A stretch of 64,000 bases of DNA, taken from Deltaproteobacteria bacterium. GTDB taxonomy: Bacteria > JAGRBM01 > JAHCIT01. The notes under the pieces are model-generated. The model ran no database searches and was not told the origin of the DNA. It worked only from the letters and a program-made list of their open reading frames with translations. Each line of letters begins with the position of its first letter. The first letter of the stretch is position 1. The position numbers and the translations under genes were made by a program. Below are positions 50,988 through 61,139 of the stretch, in pieces. Location of the stretch: contig JAHCIT010000003.1 of NCBI GenBank assembly GCA_026129095.1, forward strand, positions 62,001 through 126,000. The letters run 5' to 3'.

Positions 50988-52895
50988 TTGAACCAGTTTC
51001 TGAAAAATCTCATGCTGTGGGTGCTAATCGGCGTCCTCATGCTGTTTGTCATCGTGTATTTTCAGAGGGGGCGCCAGCAGTCAGATACGATCCCGTACAG
51101 CCAGTTCATGACCGAGGTGCAGACCGGCAATATCGATTCGGTCGAGATCAAAGGCCCGGTGATCACGGGCCGGATGAAGGACGGCAAGGCATTTGACACC
51201 TACGGGCCTACGTCGGACTTTCGTGTGTCGGAACTGCTCGCCCAGCATGGCGTCAACACGCGGTATGTGGAGGATGGCCAGTCGCCGCTCCTGCAGATAC
51301 TGATACAAGGGCTTCCGCTGCTCCTGCTGATCGCCATCATGATATTTTTCATGCGCCAGATGTCAGCCAGTGGCGGCAAGGCGATGAGTTTCGGCAAGTC
51401 CAAGGCCCGGATGCTCTCGGACAACCAGAACCGGCTCACCTTCTCCGACGTGGCGGGCTGCGATGAAGCCAAGGAAGAGCTTGAGGAAATCATAGCGTTC
51501 CTCAAGGATCCCAAGAAGTTCACCAAGCTGTCTGGCCGTATTCCCAAGGGCGTCCTGCTCATGGGGCCCCCCGGCACCGGCAAGACGCTGCTCGCCAAGG
51601 CGGTGGCAGGCGAGGCCGGTGTGCCGTTTTTCTCCATCTCGGGTTCCGACTTTGTGGAGATGTTCGTTGGCGTCGGCGCTTCCCGGGTACGCGACCTCTT
51701 CGCCCAGGGAAAGAAGAACGCCCCGTGCATCATCTTCATTGATGAAATCGATGCGGTGGGCCGGTATCGCGGTGCTGGCTTTGGCGGAGGCAATGACGAG
51801 CGCGAGCAGACGCTGAACATGCTGCTGGTCGAAATGGACGGCTTCGAGTCGAACGAGGGGGTCATCATCATCGCCGCCACCAACCGGCCGGACGTTCTGG
51901 ACCCGGCGTTGCTCAGGGCCGGACGGTTCGACCGACGTGTGGTGGTTTCGCGGCCGGACGTGAAGGGCCGCGAGGAGATACTCCGGGTCCACACGAAGAA
52001 AGTTCCGATTGGCAAGGACGTCGATCTCTCGGTGATCGCCCGCGGAACGCCTGGCTATGTCGGGGCGGACCTCGAGAATCTCGTGAACGAGGCGGCCCTG
52101 CTGGCTGCACGGCGCAACAAGGATGCCGTGTATATGGAAGACCTCGAGGAGGCCAAGGACAAGGTCCTGATGGGCCGCGAGCGCAAGAGCGCGCTTATTA
52201 GTGAAAAGGACAAGCGTGTCACCGCCTATCACGAGGCCGGACATGCCCTGGTCGCCCTCCGGATCGAAGGCTCTGATCCTGTTCACAAGGTGACCATCAT
52301 TCCCCGCGGAATGGCGCTGGGGCTGACGATGCAGCTTCCCGAGGAAGACCGTCTCAACTACAACAAGGAACATCTGGAAGGCGATCTGGCCATCCTGATG
52401 GGCGGCCGCCTGGCCGAGCAGATCGTGCTCAAGAACATCACGACCGGGGCCAGCAATGATCTGGAAAGGGCCACAGCGCTAGCCCGCAAGATGGTCTGCG
52501 AGTGGGGCATGTCCGACCGGCTGGGGCCGGTCACCTACGGGCACTCCGACGATCCGCCCTTCATGGGACTGGAGATGCAGAGGCGCCAGAACTACTCCGA
52601 GGCGACCGCAATCGAGATCGACAATGAGGTGCGTGGCATCATCCAGCGGGCCTATGACCGTGCCAAGACCATCCTCGAGGAAAATATCGACGTCCTGCAC
52701 CGCATGGCGAACTATCTGATCGAACGCGAAACCCTTGACATGAAAGAGGTCAAGGCAATCGCCGCCGGCGAGGAACTGCCTCCGATGGTCCGGGCCGGGT
52801 CGAAGCCGGAGCAAAAGGCCGGCACTGCCGCACCAGCCGAACCGGAAGCCCCTGCGGTTCCCGGAATCGCTGTTCCTGACCCAGTCGCAACGTGA
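50988..52895 (+). CDS. ftsH: ATP-dependent zinc metalloprotease FtsH
   Basis: Two TMs, [37 protein letters not shown] start. Confidence 0.98.
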   Translation: MNQFLKNLMLWVLIGVLMLFVIVYFQRGRQQSDTIPYSQFMTEVQTGNIDSVEIKGPVITGRMKDGKAFDTYGPTSDFRVSELLAQHGVNTRYVEDGQSPLLQILIQGLPLLLLIAIMIFFMRQMSASGGKAMSFGKSKARMLSDNQNRLTFSDVAGCDEAKEELEEIIAFLKDPKKFTKLSGRIPKGVLLMGPPGTGKTLLAKAVAGEAGVPFFSISGSDFVEMFVGVGASRVRDLFAQGKKNAPCIIFIDEIDAVGRYRGAGFGGGNDEREQTLNMLLVEMDGFESNEGVIIIAATNRPDVLDPALLRAGRFDRRVVVSRPDVKGREEILRVHTKKVPIGKDVDLSVIARGTPGYVGADLENLVNEAALLAARRNKDAVYMEDLEEAKDKVLMGRERKSALISEKDKRVTAYHEAGHALVALRIEGSDPVHKVTIIPRGMALGLTMQLPEEDRLNYNKEHLEGDLAILMGGRLAEQIVLKNITTGASNDLERATALARKMVCEWGMSDRLGPVTYGHSDDPPFMGLEMQRRQNYSEATAIEIDNEVRGIIQRAYDRAKTILEENIDVLHRMANYLIERETLDMKEVKAIAAGEELPPMVRAGSKPEQKAGTAAPAEPEAPAVPGIAVPDPVAT

Positions 52896-53743
52896 CTCCT
52901 CCACTGTGGCGCACCCGTATCCGGGGCTGTCTGCTGGACGCCTCGAAGGGTCCGCTCATCATGGGGATCGTGAATGTGACACCCGATTCGTTTCATGATG
53001 GTGGGTGCCACATATCACCGGCAAAGGCGGCAGCCCACGCGCTTCGGCTTGCGGCTGAAGGTGCGGCCATTCTGGATATCGGCGGGGAGTCGACCCGGCC
53101 GGGTTCGCGGCCGGTCACGACGAGGGAGGAACTCCGCCGCGTGATTCCGGTGATCGAGAAGATCCGGCAGAAGGACTCCCGCACAGCCGTTTCCATAGAC
53201 ACCATGAAGGCCGAAGTCGCCCGTAGAGCGCTGGAGGCCGGTGCGGATATCGTGAACGACGTGAGCGCCCTGGAAGGCGACACGGGAATGGCGGCCATCT
53301 GCGCTGCCGCCGGGTGTCCGGTAGTCCTGATGCACCGCCGGGGCACGAGTCAGGAGATGTACAAACTGGCCCGGTACCGGAACGTAAGCCGGGAGGTGGC
53401 CTCGGAACTGGCGAAAAGAGTCCGTTACGCCGTTAAGGACGGTATCCGCCGGGACCGGATCCTCGTCGATCCCGGTATCGGGTTCGCGAAGAAAGCACCA
53501 GACTCATGGAAGCTCTTATTGAACCTCTCGCCGCTGTCGAAGCTCGGCCTGCCCATCCTTTGCGGCTGGTCGCGGAAAAGCTTCCTGCGGGAATTGGCAG
53601 GTGACCTGCCCGATGCACGGCTCGCCGCGACACTGGCCCTCATCGGACCTGTCATGGGGCAGGGGGTATCGGTGCTACGCGTGCATGATGTCGCTGCGAC
53701 CCGGGCGGTGCTGAATGTGCTCCAAGCCGTTGAAAACCCTTGA
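52892..53743 (+). CDS. folP: Dihydropteroate synthase
   Basis: [39 protein letters not shown]. Confidence 0.97.
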   Translation: MTPPLWRTRIRGCLLDASKGPLIMGIVNVTPDSFHDGGCHISPAKAAAHALRLAAEGAAILDIGGESTRPGSRPVTTREELRRVIPVIEKIRQKDSRTAVSIDTMKAEVARRALEAGADIVNDVSALEGDTGMAAICAAAGCPVVLMHRRGTSQEMYKLARYRNVSREVASELAKRVRYAVKDGIRRDRILVDPGIGFAKKAPDSWKLLLNLSPLSKLGLPILCGWSRKSFLRELAGDLPDARLAATLALIGPVMGQGVSVLRVHDVAATRAVLNVLQAVENP

Positions 53744-53851
53744 GATTCGTTGAGTTTTACCCGTATCCGGGTTTACAGTATCAGTGTGACGGCGGATGGA
53801 GTCCGGGCTTTTCGTTGAGCGCGGCATCTGCCGTACGTGGAACCCGTAACG

Positions 53852-54625
53852 ATGACCGACGTTCTTGTGTCCATCGCCCGCACGCTTCGCTGGCAGGACG
53901 CGCTGGACATCGCCGTACTGACGGTGCTGTTTTACGCGATCCTCACGTTCATCCAGGGAACACGTGCCGCACAGATTCTCACCGGGCTCGCCGTGCTCGG
54001 CGGTTTCTATTATCTCACCCGGGTCATTGATCTTGCAGCGACACACTGGCTGATCGGTGCGCTCTTCTCCAACCTTTTCCTGGTCGTGGTCATCCTGTTC
54101 CAGGACGACATCCGCCGCGCCTTTGCCAGGTTCGGAAAGACACGCGGGTTCTTCAGCCGGGTGCTGGCGGTCGAACAGGCACGGGCTCTTGAAAACATCT
54201 CCAAGGCCGCCGCGAGTCTTGCGGAGGCGAAGATCGGCGCGCTGATTGTCATTGAACGCGAGATAGGCCTGAACGACTACGTGGAAGTCGGCACGGTCAT
54301 CGACGCCGTGGTCGATGAGGATCTTTTGTACAGCATTTTCCTGCCCTATTCGCCACTGCACGATGGTGCCGTGATCGTGCAGTCCGACCGGATCAAGGCG
54401 GCGGGCTGCTTTCTCCCCCTTCATGTGGACCCGACGGTGAGCCGCCATCTGGGCACTCGCCATCGCGCCGCGATGGGTATTACTTCCGAGACAGACGCGC
54501 TTGCCGTGGTGGTGTCCGAAGAAGAGGGGCGCATTTCGCTTGCCTTTGAAGGCCGGATTACGCCGGATCTTGACGGTGCGACGCTGCTCAACCACCTGAC
54601 TGAACTGCTCCGGAGGACTGCATGA
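53852..54625 (+). CDS. cdaA: Diadenylate cyclase CdaA
   Basis: Three TMs, PLHDGAV, LGTRHRAA, VVSEE. Confidence 0.95.
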   Translation: MTDVLVSIARTLRWQDALDIAVLTVLFYAILTFIQGTRAAQILTGLAVLGGFYYLTRVIDLAATHWLIGALFSNLFLVVVILFQDDIRRAFARFGKTRGFFSRVLAVEQARALENISKAAASLAEAKIGALIVIEREIGLNDYVEVGTVIDAVVDEDLLYSIFLPYSPLHDGAVIVQSDRIKAAGCFLPLHVDPTVSRHLGTRHRAAMGITSETDALAVVVSEEEGRISLAFEGRITPDLDGATLLNHLTELLRRTA

Positions 54626-55545
54626 GCCGCCGGGACACGGCCAACCTGGTCGTTGCATTCGTGCTGGCCGTGGTGGCGTGGTCGTCGATCCGGCTGGGCG
54701 GTGATAACCAGTTGAATATCCAGGTGCCGCTTGAGGTTAGCAGCATACCATCCGGCCTGATTGTTACCGAAAAGCTGCGCGAGACGGCGATGGTGACGCT
54801 ACGCGGTTCGCGGGGGGGACTCTCCCGCCTCCGTCAGGATGATCTGGCGATCGAACTGGATCTTTCCGGACGGGCTGAGGGCGATGCCAACCTGGAACTG
54901 GACGGCACAAACGTGAAGGGCCTCCCGGTAGGTGTCGCCGTGGTCGGGGTTGCGCCTCCGGTGGTGAGCGTCAAACTGGAGGCGCTTCTGGAAGCACTGG
55001 TTCCGGTGCGTGAACAGCTTGCCGGTCCGGTCCCCGACGGTTTTCGTGTCAAGGTGGTCGAGATAAGGCCCTCGCAGGTGCTGTTCAAGGGCCCGGCACG
55101 GATCGGAAAAAAGCTGAAGGAGGTCCAGACCGAACCGGTCGAGATCAACGCACTTATCCGGTCACCCGACCGGGAAGCAGGCATCGTCGCTTCTCCTGAA
55201 GCCTTCCAGTATCTCTCTCCCCGGAGGGTAAATGTCCGGGCCGAGGTGACTGAGGAGACCATCGAGAAGAAACTGCTGCTCCCTGTCCGGATCAGTCACC
55301 GGGACGGCCATAACGTGCAGGTCACACCGGATGTGGTCAGTGTCACTATTTCCGGGCCAGCTTCACTGGTCAGGGGGTTGGGAGCCGCCAGTTTGCAGGC
55401 CGAGGTTGATTTCTCCCCGTATCCGCCGGGCCGTTACCGCCGGGTTTCGCCCAAGGTCCGCATGGAAGGGCCGGGACCGCTCACTGGTCTTGAAATCAGC
55501 TACACGCCCAAGCAGTTTGATATCGTGGTGACGGCGGGAAGATAA
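54622..55545 (+). CDS. cdaR: CdaR/YbbR-like regulator
   Basis: N-terminal TM, YbbR-like repeats (VTLRG, PSQVLFKGP, PDVVSVTISGP); lies between cdaA and glmM. Confidence 0.85.
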   Translation: MSRRDTANLVVAFVLAVVAWSSIRLGGDNQLNIQVPLEVSSIPSGLIVTEKLRETAMVTLRGSRGGLSRLRQDDLAIELDLSGRAEGDANLELDGTNVKGLPVGVAVVGVAPPVVSVKLEALLEALVPVREQLAGPVPDGFRVKVVEIRPSQVLFKGPARIGKKLKEVQTEPVEINALIRSPDREAGIVASPEAFQYLSPRRVNVRAEVTEETIEKKLLLPVRISHRDGHNVQVTPDVVSVTISGPASLVRGLGAASLQAEVDFSPYPPGRYRRVSPKVRMEGPGPLTGLEISYTPKQFDIVVTAGR

Positions 55546-55563
55546 GAGAGTTTCGCAAACTGT

Positions 55564-56940
55564 ATGTCTGGCCAGAACGGAAACAGCAGGACGCTTTTCG
55601 GCACGGACGGAATCCGCGGGCTGGCAAACCAGTACCCGATGGATACGGGCACGGCGATGGCACTGGGCCGCTCGCTCGCCTGGGTGCTGCGTACAAGGGG
55701 AACTGCCCGGCCGAAGGTGCTGATTGGCAAGGACACGCGGCTCTCCTGCTACATGCTGGAGCATGCACTTGCGTCGGGTCTGTGCTCGATGGGAGCCGAC
55801 GTGACTCTGATCGGCCCCATGCCGACACCAGGCATTGCGTTCCTCGCCCATGACATGCGGACCGACGCCGGAATCGTCATCAGTGCCTCGCATAACCCTT
55901 ATCAGGACAACGGCATCAAGTTCTTTGACCGTCACGGTTTCAAACTGCCCGATGCCGAGGAGGCGGAGATCGAACGCTGGGTGAGAGAAGGGGTTCCTGC
56001 CGGAAGCCTGGCGACCGGCACCTCGGTGGGCCGGATCCGCCGCGTGGAGGATTCCGAGGGCCGCTACATCGTTCATGCCAAACAGACGTTTGATCCGTCA
56101 CTCACACTGGACGGCATGGTGGTGGCGCTCGACTGCGCCAACGGCGCAGCATACTTCGTCGCACCCAAGGTATTTGCCGAACTGGGTGCCGAGGTGTTTC
56201 CGATCGGCATTACACCCAATGGCATCAACATCAATAACGGGTACGGCTCCCTGTATCCGGAGAAAATGCAGGCTGAGGTTCTGGCCCGGAAGGCCCAGGC
56301 CGGAATCTCGCTTGATGGCGACGCCGACCGCGTGATTCTGGTGGATGAACGGGGTGAAGTGGTTGACGGCGACCAGATCATGGCGATCTGTGCCATTGAC
56401 CTGAAGGAACGGGGGCTGCTCCGCAAGAACACCGTCGTTGCCACGGTCATGAGCAACATGGGGCTGGAAGTGGCTCTCCGGCAGCATGGTATCTCGCTGG
56501 TGCGGGTACCGGTGGGAGACCGTTATGTCGTCGAGGAGCTTCGCCGCGGCGGCTACTGCTTCGGCGGCGAGCAGTCGGGCCACATGATCTTTCTCGACCA
56601 TGCGACGACTGGCGACGGAACCATCTGCGCCCTCCAGGTGCTGGGCGTGATGAAACGGACAGGGAAAAAACTGTCCGAACTCCGGGGCATCATGACGCCC
56701 ATGCCGCAGATTCTCTGGAACCTCAAGGTAAAAGAACGTGTTCCGCTGGAATCCGATCCGGCGGTTTCAAAGGCGATCCGGGAAACGGAAGAAACGCTGG
56801 GCGAAAACGGGCGTCTGCTGGTACGCTACTCGGGAACCGAGGCACTGCTCCGGGTGATGATGGAAGGCCCGGATGCCGGCCGTCTGAACGCGCTTCTGGA
56901 CCGGCTGGGGGGAACCCTGAAGGACCGGCTCGGAGCGTAA
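55564..56940 (+). CDS. glmM: Phosphoglucosamine mutase
   Basis: FGTDGIRG, ISASHNP, DGDADR, GGEQSGH, RYSGTE. Confidence 0.97.
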   Translation: MSGQNGNSRTLFGTDGIRGLANQYPMDTGTAMALGRSLAWVLRTRGTARPKVLIGKDTRLSCYMLEHALASGLCSMGADVTLIGPMPTPGIAFLAHDMRTDAGIVISASHNPYQDNGIKFFDRHGFKLPDAEEAEIERWVREGVPAGSLATGTSVGRIRRVEDSEGRYIVHAKQTFDPSLTLDGMVVALDCANGAAYFVAPKVFAELGAEVFPIGITPNGININNGYGSLYPEKMQAEVLARKAQAGISLDGDADRVILVDERGEVVDGDQIMAICAIDLKERGLLRKNTVVATVMSNMGLEVALRQHGISLVRVPVGDRYVVEELRRGGYCFGGEQSGHMIFLDHATTGDGTICALQVLGVMKRTGKKLSELRGIMTPMPQILWNLKVKERVPLESDPAVSKAIRETEETLGENGRLLVRYSGTEALLRVMMEGPDAGRLNALLDRLGGTLKDRLGA

Positions 56941-56952
56941 GGGGAAAAGATA

Positions 56953-57687
56953 ATGGCCAGGCTCTGCGTAAATATTGATCACGTCGCCACGGTGCGGCAG
57001 GCCCGCCGGACGGTGGAGCCGGACCCGGTCACGGCGGCGCTCTTGTGCGAACTGGGCGGGGCGCGTGGGATCACGGTTCACCTGCGTGAAGACAGGCGCC
57101 ATATCCAGGACCGGGATCTCCAGATTCTGCGGCAGGTGGTCCGAACGAAACTGAATCTGGAGATGGCCGCGACGCAGGAGATGGTGAAGATCGCCCTTCT
57201 GGTCAAGCCCGATCAGGTGACGCTGGTTCCCGAGCGGCGCGAGGAAGTGACTACCGAAGGCGGTCTTGATGTCGCCCTCTACCGCCAGCAGCTTCAGAAG
57301 TATGCCGGCCTGTTTCGTGAAGCGGGCATATCCCTGAGCCTGTTCATCGACCCCGATCCTGATCAGGTGCAGGCCGCCCATTTCGTTGGCGCGCAGTATG
57401 TGGAGCTCTGCACAGGTCCGTATTCGCTCGCCCGTACCGAGCTGGAACGTAAGCCCAAGTATGAAATGCTGGTGAACTCTGCCCGCATGGCCAAAAAGCT
57501 GGGGCTTCGCGTCAATGCAGGTCATGGACTTACCTACGAGAATGTCCGCCCGGTGGCGGCGTTGGAGGAAGTCGAAGAACTGAATATCGGGCACTCGATC
57601 GTTTCCCGGGCCATCCTCACCGGCATGGAACGCGCTGTTCGTGAAATGGCCGATATCATCCGGCAGGCACGTCACGAGCCCGACTGA
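56953..57687 (+). CDS. pdxJ: Pyridoxine 5'-phosphate synthase
   Basis: [39 protein letters not shown]. Confidence 0.98.
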   Translation: MARLCVNIDHVATVRQARRTVEPDPVTAALLCELGGARGITVHLREDRRHIQDRDLQILRQVVRTKLNLEMAATQEMVKIALLVKPDQVTLVPERREEVTTEGGLDVALYRQQLQKYAGLFREAGISLSLFIDPDPDQVQAAHFVGAQYVELCTGPYSLARTELERKPKYEMLVNSARMAKKLGLRVNAGHGLTYENVRPVAALEEVEELNIGHSIVSRAILTGMERAVREMADIIRQARHEPD

Positions 57688-57693
57688 TTTCCA

Positions 57694-59247
57694 ATGAGAA
57701 AACTGGCCACATCGGTGGAGATGCGTGCGCTCGACACCGGCGCAATCCGGTCCGGTGTACCGGGCCTCGTGCTGATGGAACACGCCGGACACGGGACATT
57801 TGAGGCAATCCGCGAGCACGTTCGGGCTGAAGATATTGCACTGGGTGCCGTGATCCTTTGCGGCAAGGGGAATAACGGCGGTGACGGTTTCGTGATTGGG
57901 CGAAAGCTCCTCGAAATCGGCATCCCCGCTGTTGCGTATCTGCTCGGCCGTGTGCCGGACCTGGCAGGTGATGCGGCTGTGAATGCGCAGGCTTTCATCG
58001 CTGCCGGAGGTCCGGTCGTCCCGCTCGCTGCGGCAGCTGATATCCGCCGGTTCCGGGACGCGCTGGAAGGCGCCGGCCTGGCTGTGGATGCACTGTTTGG
58101 AACCGGTCTGAACTCGCCAGTGAAGGGGATTGCAGCACAGGCCATAGATGCGCTGAACTATGCCGGTATTTTCGTCTGTTCCGTGGATATTCCGAGCGGC
58201 ATTTCCGCCGACAATGGGGCTGTGATGAAGACGGCGGTACAGGCAGACCTGACCGTGACGTATGGCCTTGAAAAGCCGGGGCAGTTTCTGGAGCCTGGAC
58301 GCACGCACTGCGGGTACCTGCTGCTGGTTCCTATTCCGATCCCGGACAGTCACATCCAGAAGTTCCAGCCTTCGCATGAACTGGTCGATCCCGCCGGGGA
58401 AGGGTGGGATGCCGAACTGCGGAGCCGCGAGAATAATTCTCACAAAGGAACATACGGTCACGTGCTTGTGCTGGCCGGCACGCATGGGAAATCCGGCGCG
58501 GCGGTGCTGGCTGCATTGGGCGCCCATGCGGGAGGGGCTGGACTCGTGACAATCGCCGTCCCGCAATCGCTGGAACCGGTCGTTGCCGCACGCCAGCCTG
58601 AAACCATGACGCTGCTCCTTTCCGAGAGCACTCCGGACGGATGGGCGCCGGAAACCGCCCGGAGCATTCTCGACGCGCTGACGCCGGGGCACGTGCTTGT
58701 TCTCGGGCCGGGGATCCCGGTCGGAAAGGCGTCAGGTAGCGTTCTGCAAAAGATCCTTGCGGAGACGCAAATACCGGTCGTGCTCGATGCCGACGGTCTT
58801 AACCTTCTGGCGAACCTGAAGAAGGCGCCAAAGATAAAGGATCTGGTCCTGACGCCTCATCCGGGTGAAGCGGCCCGCCTTCTCGGGACCACAACGGCGA
58901 AAATCCAGGCAGACCGTGTGGGCGCGGCCAGGGCACTGGCAAAAAAATATGCCGCCACAATCGCATTGAAAGGCGCGGGAACAGTAATCGCCGCGCCGGG
59001 GAAGGCGGTTCGGCTGAATCCGACCGGAACCCCTGCCATGTCTACCGGCGGAATGGGGGATCTGCTTGCAGGGTTCATCGGCGGAATGCTGGCCTCCACC
59101 AGCCTTGATCCGGTCGAAGCCGTTACGCGGGCCGTCTGGATTCATGGCCGTGCGGCCGAAATGGCCGAAGCCCGGACCAAGCGGCCATCAGTCCTCGCCA
59201 CGGAAGTTTTCCAATATCTGGGCGAGGCATTCGAGGAGACGGGGTGA
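57694..59247 (+). CDS. nnr: Bifunctional NAD(P)H-hydrate epimerase/dehydratase
   Basis: GKGNNGGDG, DALFGTG, DIPSG, HKGTYG, DADG, TPHPGE, GGMGD. Confidence 0.95.
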   Translation: MRKLATSVEMRALDTGAIRSGVPGLVLMEHAGHGTFEAIREHVRAEDIALGAVILCGKGNNGGDGFVIGRKLLEIGIPAVAYLLGRVPDLAGDAAVNAQAFIAAGGPVVPLAAAADIRRFRDALEGAGLAVDALFGTGLNSPVKGIAAQAIDALNYAGIFVCSVDIPSGISADNGAVMKTAVQADLTVTYGLEKPGQFLEPGRTHCGYLLLVPIPIPDSHIQKFQPSHELVDPAGEGWDAELRSRENNSHKGTYGHVLVLAGTHGKSGAAVLAALGAHAGGAGLVTIAVPQSLEPVVAARQPETMTLLLSESTPDGWAPETARSILDALTPGHVLVLGPGIPVGKASGSVLQKILAETQIPVVLDADGLNLLANLKKAPKIKDLVLTPHPGEAARLLGTTTAKIQADRVGAARALAKKYAATIALKGAGTVIAAPGKAVRLNPTGTPAMSTGGMGDLLAGFIGGMLASTSLDPVEAVTRAVWIHGRAAEMAEARTKRPSVLATEVFQYLGEAFEETG

Positions 59248-59750
59248 AACGCCGCATGCCGGCTCAACCGGTCCCTGTTCGAAAGCTCTCGCTCCCCACG
59301 CTCGCCGCCACCCGCAAATGGGGCAGGGCTTTGGGCAGGGCGATCAGTGAAGGCCCGGTCTTTATTGCGTTGGACGGTGAACTGGGGGCAGGCAAGACGA
59401 CGCTGGTCCGGGCCATAGGCGAGGGGCTGAAACTGCCGGAACCCGCGCAGGTGACAAGTCCCACCTTCGCCATTCAGCACGTTTATGAGGGTGGCCGGCT
59501 GCCGGTTTACCATTTTGACTTCTATCGTCTAGGCGCACTAGACGAACTGCCCGATATCGGCTGGGATGACCTTCTTGGCGAGAACGCCGTGGTGATCGCC
59601 GAATGGGCGGAGAAGTTCCCTGAGGTCCTGCCCCCGGACCGGATCGAAATACTCCTGAGCCACGCTTCCCGTGGCCGGAAAGCGAAAGCGGCCCTTGTGG
59701 GCGCAGCCGCAATCAGTCCCGCGTTCTGTCGCTGGCTGGGGCGGTCCTGA
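59244..59750 (+). CDS. tsaE: tRNA t6A biosynthesis ATPase TsaE
   Basis: GELGAGKTT, VTSPTF, HFDFYRL, EWAE. Confidence 0.95.
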   Translation: MKRRMPAQPVPVRKLSLPTLAATRKWGRALGRAISEGPVFIALDGELGAGKTTLVRAIGEGLKLPEPAQVTSPTFAIQHVYEGGRLPVYHFDFYRLGALDELPDIGWDDLLGENAVVIAEWAEKFPEVLPPDRIEILLSHASRGRKAKAALVGAAAISPAFCRWLGRS

Positions 59751-59760
59751 CCAGAAAACC

Positions 59761-60984
59761 ATGCCACTCGTTGTCATGAAATTCGGTGGTACGTCGGTCG
59801 GCTCGATCGAGCGGATCCAGAACGTTGCCCGCCGTGCGCTTGCGGCCCAGACGGCGGGCGACCGGGTTATTATTGTATCCAGTGCCATGTCGGGAGAAAC
59901 GAACCGCCTGATCGGGCTCGCCACTGAAATAACCAAATTGCCCGATCCTCGCGAGATGGACCAGCTCGTTTCAACGGGCGAGACCGTCGCCTGCGGACTG
60001 CTGGCCATCGCCATCCAGAATCTGGGGGGGAAAGCGAGAAGCTATACCGGCCCTCAGGTGCCTATCCGCACGGGCAGCGATTTCATGAAGGCACGCATCA
60101 CCGCCATTGAACCCGAGCGGCTTCTGCGTGACGTGGCCGCCGGGGTCATTCCCGTGGTCACCGGTTTTCAGGGGATCGATGCGGAAGGCAACGTGACGAC
60201 GCTGGGGCGGGGCGGTTCGGATCTTTCCGCTGTCGCCGTGGCAGCGGCAGTGAAGGCTGATCGCTGTGATATCTATACCGACGTGGATGGCGTTTATACG
60301 ACCGATCCCAACATGTGCCCTTCGGCCCGCAAGCTTGGCCGCATTACCCATGAGGAGATGCTGGAAGCGGCCAGCCTGGGGGCAAAAGTGCTGCAGACCC
60401 GGTCGGTCGAGTTCGCGATGAAGTGGAAAGTGCCCGTGCAGGTGCGGAGCAGCCTTTCGGATGCGCCAGGGACGATGATCGTCGAGGAGACAAAGGACAT
60501 GGAAGGTCTCATCGCCACGAACGTGGCCTATGACAAGAACGAGGCGAAAGTCACCGTGCAGAAGGTGCCGGACAAGCCGGGCATAGCAGCCCGGATTTTC
60601 AAGGCTATCGGCGATGCCAACATCAACGTGGACATGATTGTCCAGAACGTGTCGGCCGACGGAACCACCGATCTCACCTTCACCGTTACCAAGGCGGAAC
60701 TGGAGCGGACGCGGACGATTATTGAACCACTTGCCAAGGAGCTTGGCGCGGCAGGCGTCCAGACCGATTCGGCCATCGCCAAGGTGTCGGTGGTGGGGCT
60801 GGGAATGCGGTCCTATGCCGGAGTGGCCAGCCGCATGTTCCAGGCGCTGGCCCGTGAAAGCATCAACGTCTTGATGATTTCGACCTCGGAGATTAGGATA
60901 TCGGTTGTCATCTCGGAGAAATATACCGAGTTGGCGGTGCGGACCCTCCACGATGAGTTCAAGCTAGGCGAAAATCCGGCCTGA
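59761..60984 (+). CDS. lysC: Aspartate kinase
   Basis: VMKFGGTSV, TLGRGGSD, DVDGVYTTDP, two ACT domains; start moved to ATG 59761. Confidence 0.97.
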   Translation: MPLVVMKFGGTSVGSIERIQNVARRALAAQTAGDRVIIVSSAMSGETNRLIGLATEITKLPDPREMDQLVSTGETVACGLLAIAIQNLGGKARSYTGPQVPIRTGSDFMKARITAIEPERLLRDVAAGVIPVVTGFQGIDAEGNVTTLGRGGSDLSAVAVAAAVKADRCDIYTDVDGVYTTDPNMCPSARKLGRITHEEMLEAASLGAKVLQTRSVEFAMKWKVPVQVRSSLSDAPGTMIVEETKDMEGLIATNVAYDKNEAKVTVQKVPDKPGIAARIFKAIGDANINVDMIVQNVSADGTTDLTFTVTKAELERTRTIIEPLAKELGAAGVQTDSAIAKVSVVGLGMRSYAGVASRMFQALARESINVLMISTSEIRISVVISEKYTELAVRTLHDEFKLGENPA

Positions 60985-61026
60985 ACCAACCGCCGGGAGG
61001 CGCATGAAAGGCCGGAAAACATACAA

Positions 61027-61059
61027 ATGGCCGCGCTCTCGATTTCCATTATTATCTGA
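61027..61059 (+). CDS. Putative Ile-rich attenuator leader peptide MAALSISIII
   Basis: ATG GCC GCG CTC TCG ATT TCC ATT ATT ATC TGA upstream of a hairpin/T7 and cimA. Confidence 0.65.
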   Translation: MAALSISIII

Positions 61060-61088
61060 CTCGGGCGGACCCGGCTGGTCCCGCCCTG

Positions 61089-61134
61089 CCTCACCTGACC
61101 GCCAAGGGGCGGACGGGGAGGGAGAGGTTTTTTT
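61089..61134 (+). terminator. Attenuator terminator hairpin upstream of cimA
   Basis: CCGCC-AAGG-GGCGG core with extended CCTC/GAGG pairing; T7 at 61128-61134. Confidence 0.65.
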
Positions 61135-61139
61135 GACAC